Positions 24,979-36,177 of a stretch of 64,000 nucleotides of DNA are shown here, in pieces. A program made the position numbers and the translations under genes. The notes under the pieces are model-generated. The model was not told the DNA's origin. It saw only the letters and a program-made list of their open reading frames with translations, and did no database searches. The stretch spans positions 263,934,001 through 263,998,000 of the forward strand of contig NC_091471.1 of NCBI RefSeq assembly GCF_036971445.1. The letters run 5' to 3'. This DNA comes from Narcine bancroftii (taxonomy: Eukaryota). The stretch's first letter is position 1, and every line of letters starts with the position of its first letter.

Positions 24979-27931
24979 AAGAATTATTGCAAGACCAGCT
25001 GATCATGGATTAAAAACACTTTCAATTTGACAAATCCACTTGATGTTGAAGAAAGTATCATCCACTTCTGAAAACCCAAGGTCAGTTTATCTGTGCTTTC
25101 AATTTGCGTTTGATGACAAGTTCTCTTGGAAGGAGTGCAGCCACTCTTCTTCAATAACCATATGAAAACCTCTTGACCGGAAGATTGAAAGAGTCACAAA
25201 AGAACACTTTAAAGACAAAAGGGACCTGAAAAAAATGTATTTTAAGATTATAGATCAAATACAAATGGCTCAAACACTAGTCAAGCAGAAAAATGTAACA
25301 TGAATTATCTGCAGAACTGAATTACACTAGGCTTTTCATTTCAACATCTCCATTTCTACATCTGACCATCAAACTCTAACCAAACCATTCTCTGCTCACA
25401 AAACTGTCAACAAAGAACATCCATCAGTCACAACTGTTTATAGTCTCAAAGCTGACACCCCTTTCTTAGACCCAATTCTTTGCATAATGTCAGAAGCAGG
25501 AGAGACAAATATCAGATGAACTTGCCCTTGGCTCACATTAGCATGCAGGCACTTTTCAGAATGGGTCCGAATGCATTTACTCATCTGTAATCATGAAATC
25601 TTGCATTTTGCAGCATTTTTAAAATGGCAAGATTTCAGAAATCAACAAATAAATATGGAGGCATTAGGATAGGCAACAGAAAAATCTTGGTAACCATAAT
25701 AATTTAAAGAATTTCAAAAGATGATTGGATAGGCAAGAAAGTTTGAAGAAGGAATGTCAGAGGTTAGTATGCAGAAAGTTCAAGGCACAGTTGTCAATAT
25801 TGGGGAAATCAAAGCTGGGGATTCAGAAATCAGAACGTGATGAATACAAACATTTGACAAGTTTAAAATTAAGGCATTTGTGGACTTGAGTCATTGAGCA
25901 GAGGGATGGAGAATCGTTTGACTCCTTAAATGCCAATCACCTGCCTGTCCCTTTAATCACTGAAATGAAACTTCCCTCCACATCATTTTCTCTCAACCCC
26001 ATCTAAAATGAGCCTTTTTCCTAATTTTCTGGCCATAATCATCTTTCTGACTATATTCTCCAATTTTCTAGCTAAAATTGACCTCTCATTGAGCAAACTT
26101 ATTCTTTCACTTTTCAAATCAGTGAGGCCGACTGGTGGCTGCTCTTCCCATTCCTGCTCACCTTCTCATCACAGTTTCTCCAACAAGTTTTTATTTCATT
26201 CCAACTTACAGGTCACAAACAGTCCTCAGGAACAGAATCCTGTCGTATACCCTGGAACTGCCTGTAGATAACTACATTCTCTCTTTTTGGAGATGGTCAC
26301 TACTCATGAACCAACAAGCTGTTACTTTCAACTTATTACACATTCTACTTCTTACTGAAGTCAGGCAACAACTGCTTGTTTTCTTTAAAATTTGAATGGA
26401 ATTGTGCAAATATTAGCAAACAGCTCCCTTTCTGAACTCACAGTGAGTTGGCACCACCACAAGGAACTTTTATAATAATTGATTGCAAATGTCTTTGATG
26501 TTTTACATTTAAAATGTTCACATACTGAAAATTATTTAAAGTTGTTCACCATTTCAAATGATTCAAAATTCACTCTTTTCCTCAGTAGCCAAATCTTCCT
26601 TTTTCATGCAAATGAGGCCAATATTTTTACAACACAGGGTCAGAGGTCAAGTTTCCCCAGTACAGGGGTAGCAGTACGTTTCTGAAAGCCACCACCAGAT
26701 ATGGCCCAAAGCCAGTGCTGGAAATCAAGACTTCCATAAGGTAAGTCCCAGTACAAGTGCAGGGATGGTCAGTACATCTCTCCCCTTGATGCCCAAATGT
26801 ATTTAATGCCCAAATACTGTAATGCAAAAATCACCAAGATAATCCAAATGGTTAAAAGCTTTACTTGATTCTATAATCAATACTACAGTAACACTTACTA
26901 ATTTTATAAACTGGAGTATGTAATTTTATTGTTGATAATGCTATGCTGCCGATGTATTGATGAGATGAATTGCCCGGATATCAATTGACATAGGGTCACT
27001 GCAGCCACCCTTGGATTGCATTTGGCCCTGTTCACCATTTAACTGCAACAGAATAAAACGATGACTCATTAGTTGAATAAAAGATTTATTATTTCAATGC
27101 TGCACTGTCAAGCATTCTTGCAAGTAATTTCCATTCTAATTCATCTGAGGAAAACTGCTTCCTTTCAATGTAGCTTGTTCAACATTCATACATATTATGA
27201 AAATCAGTCAAACTATCAGGCCTCTTCCACTCAGGAGCAATATTCAAGAACTGCCACTTCTGTAGCAGTTGAGCAAAGAGCTAATCTGTCAATTCGCACT
27301 TTGTAAGGAGGTGGCTGATTTATCCACAACCTTTACGGAGTTAACCTCAATTCCCAGCACATTACTGAGCAGGAAAATAACTAAGAGACAGCACATTTTG
27401 GATAACATTTGCTCTTAAAGTGGAAAAAAAACTACCCCTCAGATCCTTTTTAAATCTTCTCCCTCTCGCTATAAACCTATATCCTCTAGTTTTAGGCATT
27501 CTTCCCATAGGAAACAGATTCGGGGTATCTACTCGGAGTCTTTCAAAATTTTCCTCGATTATTAGATAGAACCTGTTTTCACATTGCAGGTACCAAGTGT
27601 AGGTGGTATCTCTCGAAGGTGGAATAACCAACATGCATTATCCCACTTGAGCAAACTAGATTGTATCCAATACAAGGCACGAAAAACGGGTAGGAAGGAG
27701 AGGGAGGAAAGTAACAGTAAAATAAAATGTTTTCACACAGGAGTGTAACTTGCTCTGGTGATGTTCTGTTCGTTTTCGCATCAAAACACTACAATCACGA
27801 GGAGTCACGTGATGGAGTAGTGGCCGGACGGTGAACTCCAGCCCTCTCCAGAAAAGTCGGGAAAAACAAAGGAAAACACAAAGGCACAGAAATAAAAGTT
27901 ACAGAAAAGTGAGTATAAAGGTGGAAAGAAG

Positions 27932-29161
27932 ATGGCGACAAAAAAAGAAAAATCGAAAGCAACGGTAAGAAGAGAGGAAGAGAAGACAACGGAGGAAAGA
28001 GGTGAAGGCCTTACCTGTTCGAAGAGGCCCGCTGCGGAGAGAGAAACCCGCTCCCTCAGGTCGGTAAATAATGGACTACAAAAATGGCTCGCAGAGCCGA
28101 GTAAAAGTGCGCAACCGCGCATGCGCGATTCCTCGCGCATGCGCGATGCAAATGAAAAAAAACACACCGACGGGAGGGGGGACCAGCTGGGGAGTCGATC
28201 TCCACAGCCGGCAACGACAGCTGCAGAACACCTGCAGCAAGAAGAGACCACAGAAGACAATAGAAACAAGAAAGATGAGGAGGAAAGGGCACCAAAGAAA
28301 CAACAGATGGTCAACCCAGAGGAAGAAGAAGAGGAAGAGGAAGAGTACAGTGAAATAGAAGAAGAAAAGAAAGGCAAGGTAAAGGATATACTTGCTCTTA
28401 TTAAAGGATACATGGAGTCATTTAAAGAATGGCAAACACAGGAATTTAAGGATTTAAGAAAAAGAATAAACAACACAGAAGAGAAAATAAATAAAATGGA
28501 GATGACCTTAACAGAAATGGGAAAGAAAATGGACAAGATGGAAGAGCGGGCAGTAGCAGCAGAAATGGAGGTAGAAGACTTAAAAAAGAAATTGGAGAAA
28601 TCTAATAAAAAAACTAAAGAGACACAAGAACTACTAGCTCAAAAAATAGATACAATGGAAAACCATAACAGAAGAAATAACATAAAGATAGTGGGCCTTA
28701 AGGAAGATGAAGAAGGCAAGAATATGAGGGAGTTTATAAAAGAGTGGATCCCTAAGACCCTAGGATGTCCAGAACTACAGCAAGAAATGGAAATAGAAAG
28801 GGCACATAGAGTATTGGCCTCTAAACCACAACCACAACAAAAACCAAGATCTATTGTAGTAAAATTCCTAAGATATACTACAAGAGAAAAGGTACTGGAG
28901 AAGACAATGGAAAAAGTAAGAGAGGGCAACAAACCACTGGAGTATAAAGGGCAAAAAATCTTCATTTATCCAGATATAAGTTTTGAACTCCTAAAGAAGA
29001 GAAAAGAGTTCAATACAGCAAAGGCGATTTTATGGAAGAAAGGGTATAAATTTATACTAAAGCATCCAGCGGTATTGAAAATATTTATTCCAGGACAACA
29101 AAACAGACTATTCTCGGATCCAGAAGAAGCACAAAAATTTGCAGAACAATTACAAAAATAG
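27932..29161 (+). CDS. L1 ORF1p (coiled coil, RRM and CTD; Transposase_22-like), 409 aa, intact
   Basis: Uninterrupted ORF with ENHNRRNNIKIVGL, EIERAHR, PRSIVVKFL and IFIYPDIS. Confidence 0.9.
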   Translation: MATKKEKSKATVRREEEKTTEERGEGLTCSKRPAAERETRSLRSVNNGLQKWLAEPSKSAQPRMRDSSRMRDANEKKHTDGRGDQLGSRSPQPATTAAEHLQQEETTEDNRNKKDEEERAPKKQQMVNPEEEEEEEEEYSEIEEEKKGKVKDILALIKGYMESFKEWQTQEFKDLRKRINNTEEKINKMEMTLTEMGKKMDKMEERAVAAEMEVEDLKKKLEKSNKKTKETQELLAQKIDTMENHNRRNNIKIVGLKEDEEGKNMREFIKEWIPKTLGCPELQQEMEIERAHRVLASKPQPQQKPRSIVVKFLRYTTREKVLEKTMEKVREGNKPLEYKGQKIFIYPDISFELLKKRKEFNTAKAILWKKGYKFILKHPAVLKIFIPGQQNRLFSDPEEAQKFAEQLQK

Positions 29162-29299
29162 ACTGAGGGATGAAGACGGGTAATGAGAGTTAAAATGATC
29201 ACGATTGATATGTATGTGGGTAAAGACAAAAATAGACTGAAGGATGAAGACGGGTAATGAGAGTAAAAATGATCACGATTGATATGTATGCGGGTAAAG
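29152..29299 (+). repeat. 74-bp tandem duplication spanning the ORF1 stop
   Basis: ACAAAAATAGACTGA..ATGAAGACGGGTAATGAGAG... starts at 29152 and at 29226, with 3 visible mismatches. Confidence 0.9.
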
Positions 29300-30919
29300 A
29301 GGTATAAGAGTGAATAGAGACAATGTGCATACGTGAATGTATCTGTACTTAGAGGAAAATATAGATAGTATAGACAAGAATTAATAAAGGAAGGTAATGG
29401 AATAGAGAGAATAAGGAGGGAATTAAAAGAGTGACCTTTGTGACATATGAAAAGTGAAATCTTTTCTGGGGGGGGCTGGGTGGGGGGAAATAGCGGTCAC
29501 TGCAAAATCAGTTGACGCTTGCGAGTGGATTCGCAAATCCAAATGGAGAGGGGAGATGTGGTTGTCCGACAAGGGATAAAGGACAACTCAGGAGGGGAAG
29601 GGGAGATTGGGGATAAAGAAGATAGAAATAGGAGAATAAGGAAAATGTTGGATGTTGTAGGAATGTTGTCTTATAAAGAGTTGAAAATAAGAAAACAGAA
29701 ATGGAAAAGGAGGAAAGGTAATGATGGAAAAACGGAAAGAGAAGATAAACAAAATATAAAATGGCTACGCTGAACTATATGACTTTAAATATTAATGGAA
29801 TACATAACCAAATTAAAAGGAAGAAACTACTAAATTTAAATGAATAAATGTATTCCATTAGAAAAAATAACATATAGGTTAAGAAATAATATTGAAATAT
29901 TCGAACAAGTATGGGAGCCTTACATTAAATACAATAGCGAAAACTTACCGGGGACAAACATAACCTAAGTTGATGGAAGGAGAAGGAAAGAAAAGAATGG
30001 ACTCAGTAGAATTTCTGGTGTATTTTTGTTGAATGACAACATTGTCTGACTGGCTTAATGCAACCTAGATTGTATACCTAAAATGGATGAGGGGGGGGGG
30101 GTGGGGGGGTGGTTTGGGAGGAAAGGGGGGGGGGGGGGGAGAAAAAGTCACTGTATATGTGTGAAAAAGAAATAGTGTATATCATGGCTAATGTGATTTA
30201 TGGTGTGAAAAATAAAAAATTAAATAAAAAAAAACACTACAATCTCTGAGAATACAATCAGTATCTGCAGAGTTTCATGTTTCACTCCATCTGCATTTTC
30301 CCAGCTAGGTGGAGCCACAATATTATTCCAAGAATTCTTCTTGTCCTACACCCTCCACAAGTATGAAAAGGGTTACATCACTGCAAGTTTCAGAAACCAT
30401 AAACAGGATGGTAGACATGAATAATAAACTCCTAAAGTAGAATACAGATTTATAATATCTGGTAAATTACCCACTGTAGTGGGTTGTGGTTGAACTCAGT
30501 GAAAGAACTGAGACAGCAGGCTGTGAGTTCGTTTAGCACAATTGATTTACCCTTTAAGGCCATCCAGAGTCTGCACCTTGTGTCCCGGAACTTACATCGT
30601 GCTGACGTAAGTGTATATGTGTACTTCCCGTCTGAGCTAGAAGAGAAGGACCCGCAACACCATCTTTGTCGTGGCTGCCCCGCTGACCGATCAGGACAAG
30701 TGGGGTTGGTTTGCCGCTGCAATTATGTGCCCAGCCACAACACAACCTTAGATCCTTCACATGCTGGTTCAAGTTCAACCCAAGAGTATATGTGTCCTGA
30801 ATGGCAGTATTACCAATTACCACTGCTGTCTCATAGCTCCAGGGTTCCAAGTTCAATTATAATCTTGGGTGCTGTCTGTTAGTGGAGCATAATCTCCCTG
30901 TAGCTTCTATTTGGTTTAT

Positions 30920-31330
30920 TCCTCGTGGAAGAGAAGACAGAATTGGAAGGTTTGAGTGACAAGGAGAGATCAAACAGGCTGGGTCTGTTTGTCTGGAGCA
31001 AAGGAGGTGGAGAAGTGACATGATATAGTAAACAAAATTTTGAAGACATAGATAGAAAAGATAACCCATGTCTGTTCCCACAGCAAACATGTCTAAAACT
31101 AGAGGACATAACATTGATCTGAGAGGTACATTTTTTCCACAAAGTGTAAATGGTATCCAGAATGAGATGTTAGAGGTGGAGGCAGGAAGAGGAACAACAT
31201 TTAAGATGCATTTGGATGGGCACTTAATTGAGCAAGGCATAAAGGGATATGGAACTAATACAGGCAAATAGGATTTGTAAAGACGGGCATGATAGTTAGC
31301 AGAGATGCCACGAGCTGAAGGGCTCTGATG
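30920..31330 (+). mobile_element. Degenerate CR1 3' fragment
   Basis: SKTRGH..., TTFKMHLD...GIKGYG peptides. Confidence 0.7.
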
Positions 31331-31867
31331 TGCTGATTAGTTACTGCATTTTACCCTAGTGTTATGCAGACATAAAATGAACCAGAGATAAATGTTGATG
31401 GACATTTATACATTTGCTTGTTTTTACACAAGAGGTGGGAGTCTTTTATATCAAGAATCTTGGCAGCTGAACTGAGTGAGCCAAAAGGACCTATTTCTGT
31501 GCTGAACTGACCTCTTTCATATTGTAATCAACTTTACAACAATAAAATGAAACTAACCACAGCTTCTAATGCCTCCAACCACATTGATAACAGTAGACTG
31601 GCACATGTAAAACAGGAAGCATCATTACATCTAATCTCTTGTGACCTGCTGACTAACCCACTCTCTCACATGGTTGGAAAGCAAAATTACAAAATATCTG
31701 CTAAGCTTTCAAGATTTCTGAGTCACTTACAGAATTAATTTTATCCCCAAACATATCTCCAGCCCCCATGTGCGATGTGTGAACAAAATTTGTTGGCTCT
31801 CCAATCATGCTTCTATCTATCCGCCGCCTTCTCTTCTGCAAAAGTAATAGAAATATTAGGGGTGAGA

Positions 31868-34200
31868 TCAAGTCAAGTCAAGTTTATTGTCATCTGATTG
31901 TACAAGTACAACCTGATGAAACAGCATTTTCCAGTCTTCGGTGCAGACAAACAACCAGATATAATGGACATACAGACAATTAATACATATGCAGGGCAAG
32001 TATTATATATCTATACAAATAAATAAATAAATATTGCTTTATATAAATGAGAGTCTCGGATGGTTAGTGTGAGCAGTTCCTTTGGTGGTTCAGCAGACTC
32101 ACTGTCGGTGGGAAGAAGCCGCTCCTCAGCCTGGTGGTGGTGGCTCTGATACTCCTGGATCTCTTCCCCGATGGGAAAGAGGAAGATGCTGGAAGAGTCT
32201 TCAATGATTTCTGCGCACCCTCTGCAGACAGTGATCCCTGTATATCGTGTCAATTGGGGGGGGGGAGGGGGAGGGGGGAGGGAAGGGAGACTCCAGTGAT
32301 CCTCTCTGCCACTCATGGTCCTGTGGATTGACCTCCGATCCATTTCTCTGCAGTAACCATATCACTCTGATGCAGTCAGCCAGATGTTCTCGATAGAGCT
32401 CCTATAGATCAGTCTTCTCAGGAAGTGCAGTCTCTATTGCGCCTTCCTGACAAGTGAGGAGATGTTGAGTGACCACAATAGGTCACTAGTTAAGTGAACT
32501 CCAAGGAACGAAGTGCTCGTCACTCTCTCCACTACAGAGTTGTTGATGTGTAGTGGAAGGTGGTCATTCCTCATCCTCCTGAAATCGACAATCATTTCGT
32601 TCATCTTGTCCATGTTGAGACTCAGTTGTTACTCTTGCACCATTTCATGAGCTTTCCACCACTTCTCTGTAGTGCGACTTATTGTTGTTGCTGATGAGAC
32701 CAATGACTGTTGTGTCATCTGCAAACTTGGTGACACAGTTAGAGCTGGATCTGGCGATGCAATTGTTGGTCAGTAGCATGAACAGGAGCAGACTGAGCAC
32801 ACAGCCCTGAGATGTGTCAGTGCTCAGCATGACGGTGCTCGACATTCTGCTACTGACACGGACAGATTGTGGCCTTTCCGCTAGAAAGTCCAGGATCCGA
32901 TTAAAGAGAGGGTTGTGGAGTCATAATGAGTATCGCTTCTTCACCAGCATCTGGGGAATGATTGTATTAAATGCCGAGCTGAAGTCAATGACCAGCATCC
33001 TGGTGAAAGAGGCATTGTTTTCCAGGTGGGCCAGGATGGAGTGAAGCAACAAGGCTATAACATCGTCTGTGTAACAGTTTTTTCTTAGGCAAATTGAAAT
33101 GGATCCAGCAGATCTGGGAGGTGTGCTTTGATGCATTCCATCAACCAGATGCTTGAACTACTTCATAATGGTGGAGGTCAGTGCCACAGGGCAGAAGTCA
33201 TTGAGACCTGTTACTGTCATTCTCTTGGGTACTGGGATAATGGTGGCTGTCTTGAACCCTGAAGGCAATGAGGTATTGAAGATGTCTATGAAGACCTCCT
33301 CAGTTGGTCTGCCCAGTCTTTCAGAATCTGATCTGGTATGTTGCCCAGTCCTACCACCTTGTGTGGGTGTACCTTGGATAGGGTTCTCCTCACCTCAACT
33401 GCAGCTATGCAAGGGGCCTGTTCATCAGGGGGACAAGAACCTTTCTTTGGCATTATCCTGTTCTTGTAATCAAACCTTGTATAGAAGATGTTCAGTCTGT
33501 CTGGAAGGGAGGCATCATTGTTCTCAATTCACAAGGTTGACATGATCTGTTATAGTCTTGATCCCTTGCCACATGCGCCTCTTGTCGCCGAAGGAGCACG
33601 GGAGAGTTCAGCCCTGGCTGATCTTAGTGCCATCTTCTATTCCCCTGTCACATACTGATCTCTCTGTGCACCGACCTAGTTTGCTTTGCCAATGGTCTGA
33701 GGGTAGCAGGACAGATATGTGATCCAAGTAACTATCTGCAATCAGAGCTCCAGATGCATACCTCTGACACAATAAGGAAGCTTCCAGCACCCTCTTGCAT
33801 CTCAGTTCCGATACCTGGCACCCCTTCAGTAAGTCTCAAGCCTCCAGCTTGTGTGGGTTCTTTGCCCTGAGTGGCCAACAGTCCACCACCTGTGTGTTTT
33901 TCAGTCTCAGAGACCCTTCACTGGTCCACCACCAAGGTCACCATCCTGTAGGTAATTTCCTTTGCTTCTTCTTCTCAAACCGGGGGCGGGGGAGGGGGTG
34001 GTCTCCCCGTTTTCTGATGCCCCGGGTCCACAATCCCTTGTGGCCACTGCCAATCATAGGTGCCACCATCTTGGGCCAGATATCCAGTCATGGTATTTTA
34101 AAATAAAACCACGTCAGCTTCTTTAACAGGCCATTTAAAGCCCATACAAAGCCGACAACAGTCAGACTGGGCGATTGGACCCCGCAGCGGTGCTCCAAGG
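31868..34200 (-). mobile_element. Rex1/Babar-type LINE remnant
   Basis: QGCVLSLLLF..KFADDTTVIGLISNN and VIDFSSAFNTIIP; tail (CTTGA)n after AATAAA. Confidence 0.8.
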
Positions 34201-35801
34201 CTTTGCAACCTACTCTCCATGGGTCTGCACCAGGATTTGCCCCATCAAAACATCTTTATGGCCATTTAGTCTTAGTATAAAGGCAATGGAAAACCATAAA
34301 TAAGAACAATTGTGTGTGTTTAATGTTAGATATCGGCATTTTCTCTCTTGTGCAATATGAATGTGCCCAAGAGTATCCAAGAATACAAATAACGGATGTT
34401 CCTCCTGTTCCAATCACTGTGGCTTCTCTCAAGAATGTATTTGACAACTTCAGTAATCCATTAGTATGGATCTATACATGACTAAATCAATAAGCAGCTA
34501 AATCATAGAATTCATCCATTGAAAAAGAGCACTTACCGGCTGTGGTTGTTCTGTAATACAGCAATTGAAACATAACCAGAATTCACTCATTATTACAAGT
34601 TATTTTGCAATATTTAACACATCCAGAATCACTTGGGTGATATTGGTTCGTAAAGAAACCAAGAGATGTAAATGTTACACGAAAATCTGATCATGAACTT
34701 GTGGCCAGAATCCAACAGTCAGGCAAGCTTATTATTAGTCTTTCTACTGAAAGTTCCTCCTTCCAATGCTGCAGCAGGTTTTGCTTCACCAGTCCTACTG
34801 TAACCACGCTGTAAAAATAAATGTCTGCATTAGTGAAACAATATCATTTACTTTTTCTAGTCACTTAGACATCAATAGAATTCCACAATTTTGAGCTGAC
34901 TGTTACTGCATTGAGTTTAAATAGTAAATACAGTTCACCTAGCTACTTTAGAAGCTAATTTGTGAGGGTTCACTAAAATATCCCTGATGTACATCACACT
35001 AAGAAAATCACATGATTGTAAGCTTTACCATATATAGCTTGCTCTTGTTCATTCCACAGCAATAAACTCACCTAAAAGCACTGAACAGCCAAAGCATTCA
35101 AATGGATGGGTCCTCCTTAATCTGTCAGACAGAACATTAGTCCTCTGCTGGACACTAAGTTTCGTCTCTGCCTGCAGAATTCATGGGAGACTGGGTTTTC
35201 AACAGCCCAGTGTTTTAGTAGCTTGCCCCATGACTCAGACGTTTTCAGCATTTGTCAGTTCTTTTAAGTACAGTCATTACCCAGTTAGTCAGACACTGTG
35301 GTCATCGAAGTAAATATCTTCATGAAACTACTTCTATCAGATGGACTAAATATTGCAAATCCAATAACACTAAATCCAACCATTCTACAATCTTTCCATT
35401 ACTCCTGAGTAATGGCACAGGTGGGTCCAAAACCAATTTCATCTACAGTCAGTTGATCTGGGAAATTAGAGCAAGGTATTTTCATATTTGGAACTGCCCA
35501 CATTATGAATCATTGCAAAACATTTCAGTCTGCGGGATCGTCACGGGAATATTTGATCCTTTCACCAGTCAAGTCGACGTCCTTGAATAGTGAATGAAAT
35601 CAGAAGGAGGAATTTTTAAACTTTCAATAGTTGAAGGTTTTATGATACCGTATCAAATCAAACACCTTTGATAGGATACTGCTGCAAAGGAATAAAGCTT
35701 TTCTTGACAAGGATTCTATTTCAAGGGAATAATCTTCTTTGTTAAGAAAATATACCACAGTGGTATCATCCATCTTTACAGGAATAATGCTGTAAATTAC
35801 T

Positions 35802-36177
35802 TGTGATTGTAAAGATTAAATCACCAATGTGTATATGTACATATGTACAGATGGTAGTGTAGGATTTCTGTGATTGGCTGAGAGTGTAGCCACACCTACT
35901 GGCTGGTCTTAAAGGATTGCTCCAAGCCAGACCAGGTCATTCTGGACTGGTCGACCTACTTGTGATATACACAGAGGAATTAGGGGAGAAGGCAGGTAGG
36001 TGGAGTTAGGTCATAAATTAGATCAGCCATGATCATATTGAATGGTGGAGCAGTCTCGATGGGCCATTTTTGGCCTACTCCTGTTCCTACTTCCTATGTT
36101 CCTATGTTCCAGTCTTTTAGTTAATAAAAGCTTTGGTTTGGATCAACAAGTCTATGGTTCTTTTGACGCGCATAACA
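35802..36177 (+). mobile_element. Possible short solo LTR carrying a CR1 3'-end insertion (~35970-36108)
   Basis: TG...TAACA ends, ATTGG (CCAAT) and AATAAA; CR1 tail (TTCCTATG)n inside; no clean TSD. Confidence 0.35.

Larger units (their letters stand above)
27797..30230 (+). mobile_element. L1 copy D: non-autonomous, ORF1-only element with ORF2 internally deleted
   Basis: Family 5' end, intact ORF1, spacer, 26 ORF2 codons fused to the ORF2 3' end, 3'UTR and A-tail; TSD AAAACACTACAATC at 27783-27796 and 30231-30244. Confidence 0.93.
24116..34436 (+). pseudogene. Hypothetical decayed multi-exon gene or lncRNA (candidate exons 24116-24427, 26212-26295, 26638-26740, 27590-27689, 30309-30410, 34330-34436)
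   Basis: AG/GT-bounded unique segments whose phases chain in one frame, with stops at 24156 and 26669. No confident homologue was recognised. Confidence 0.25.
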
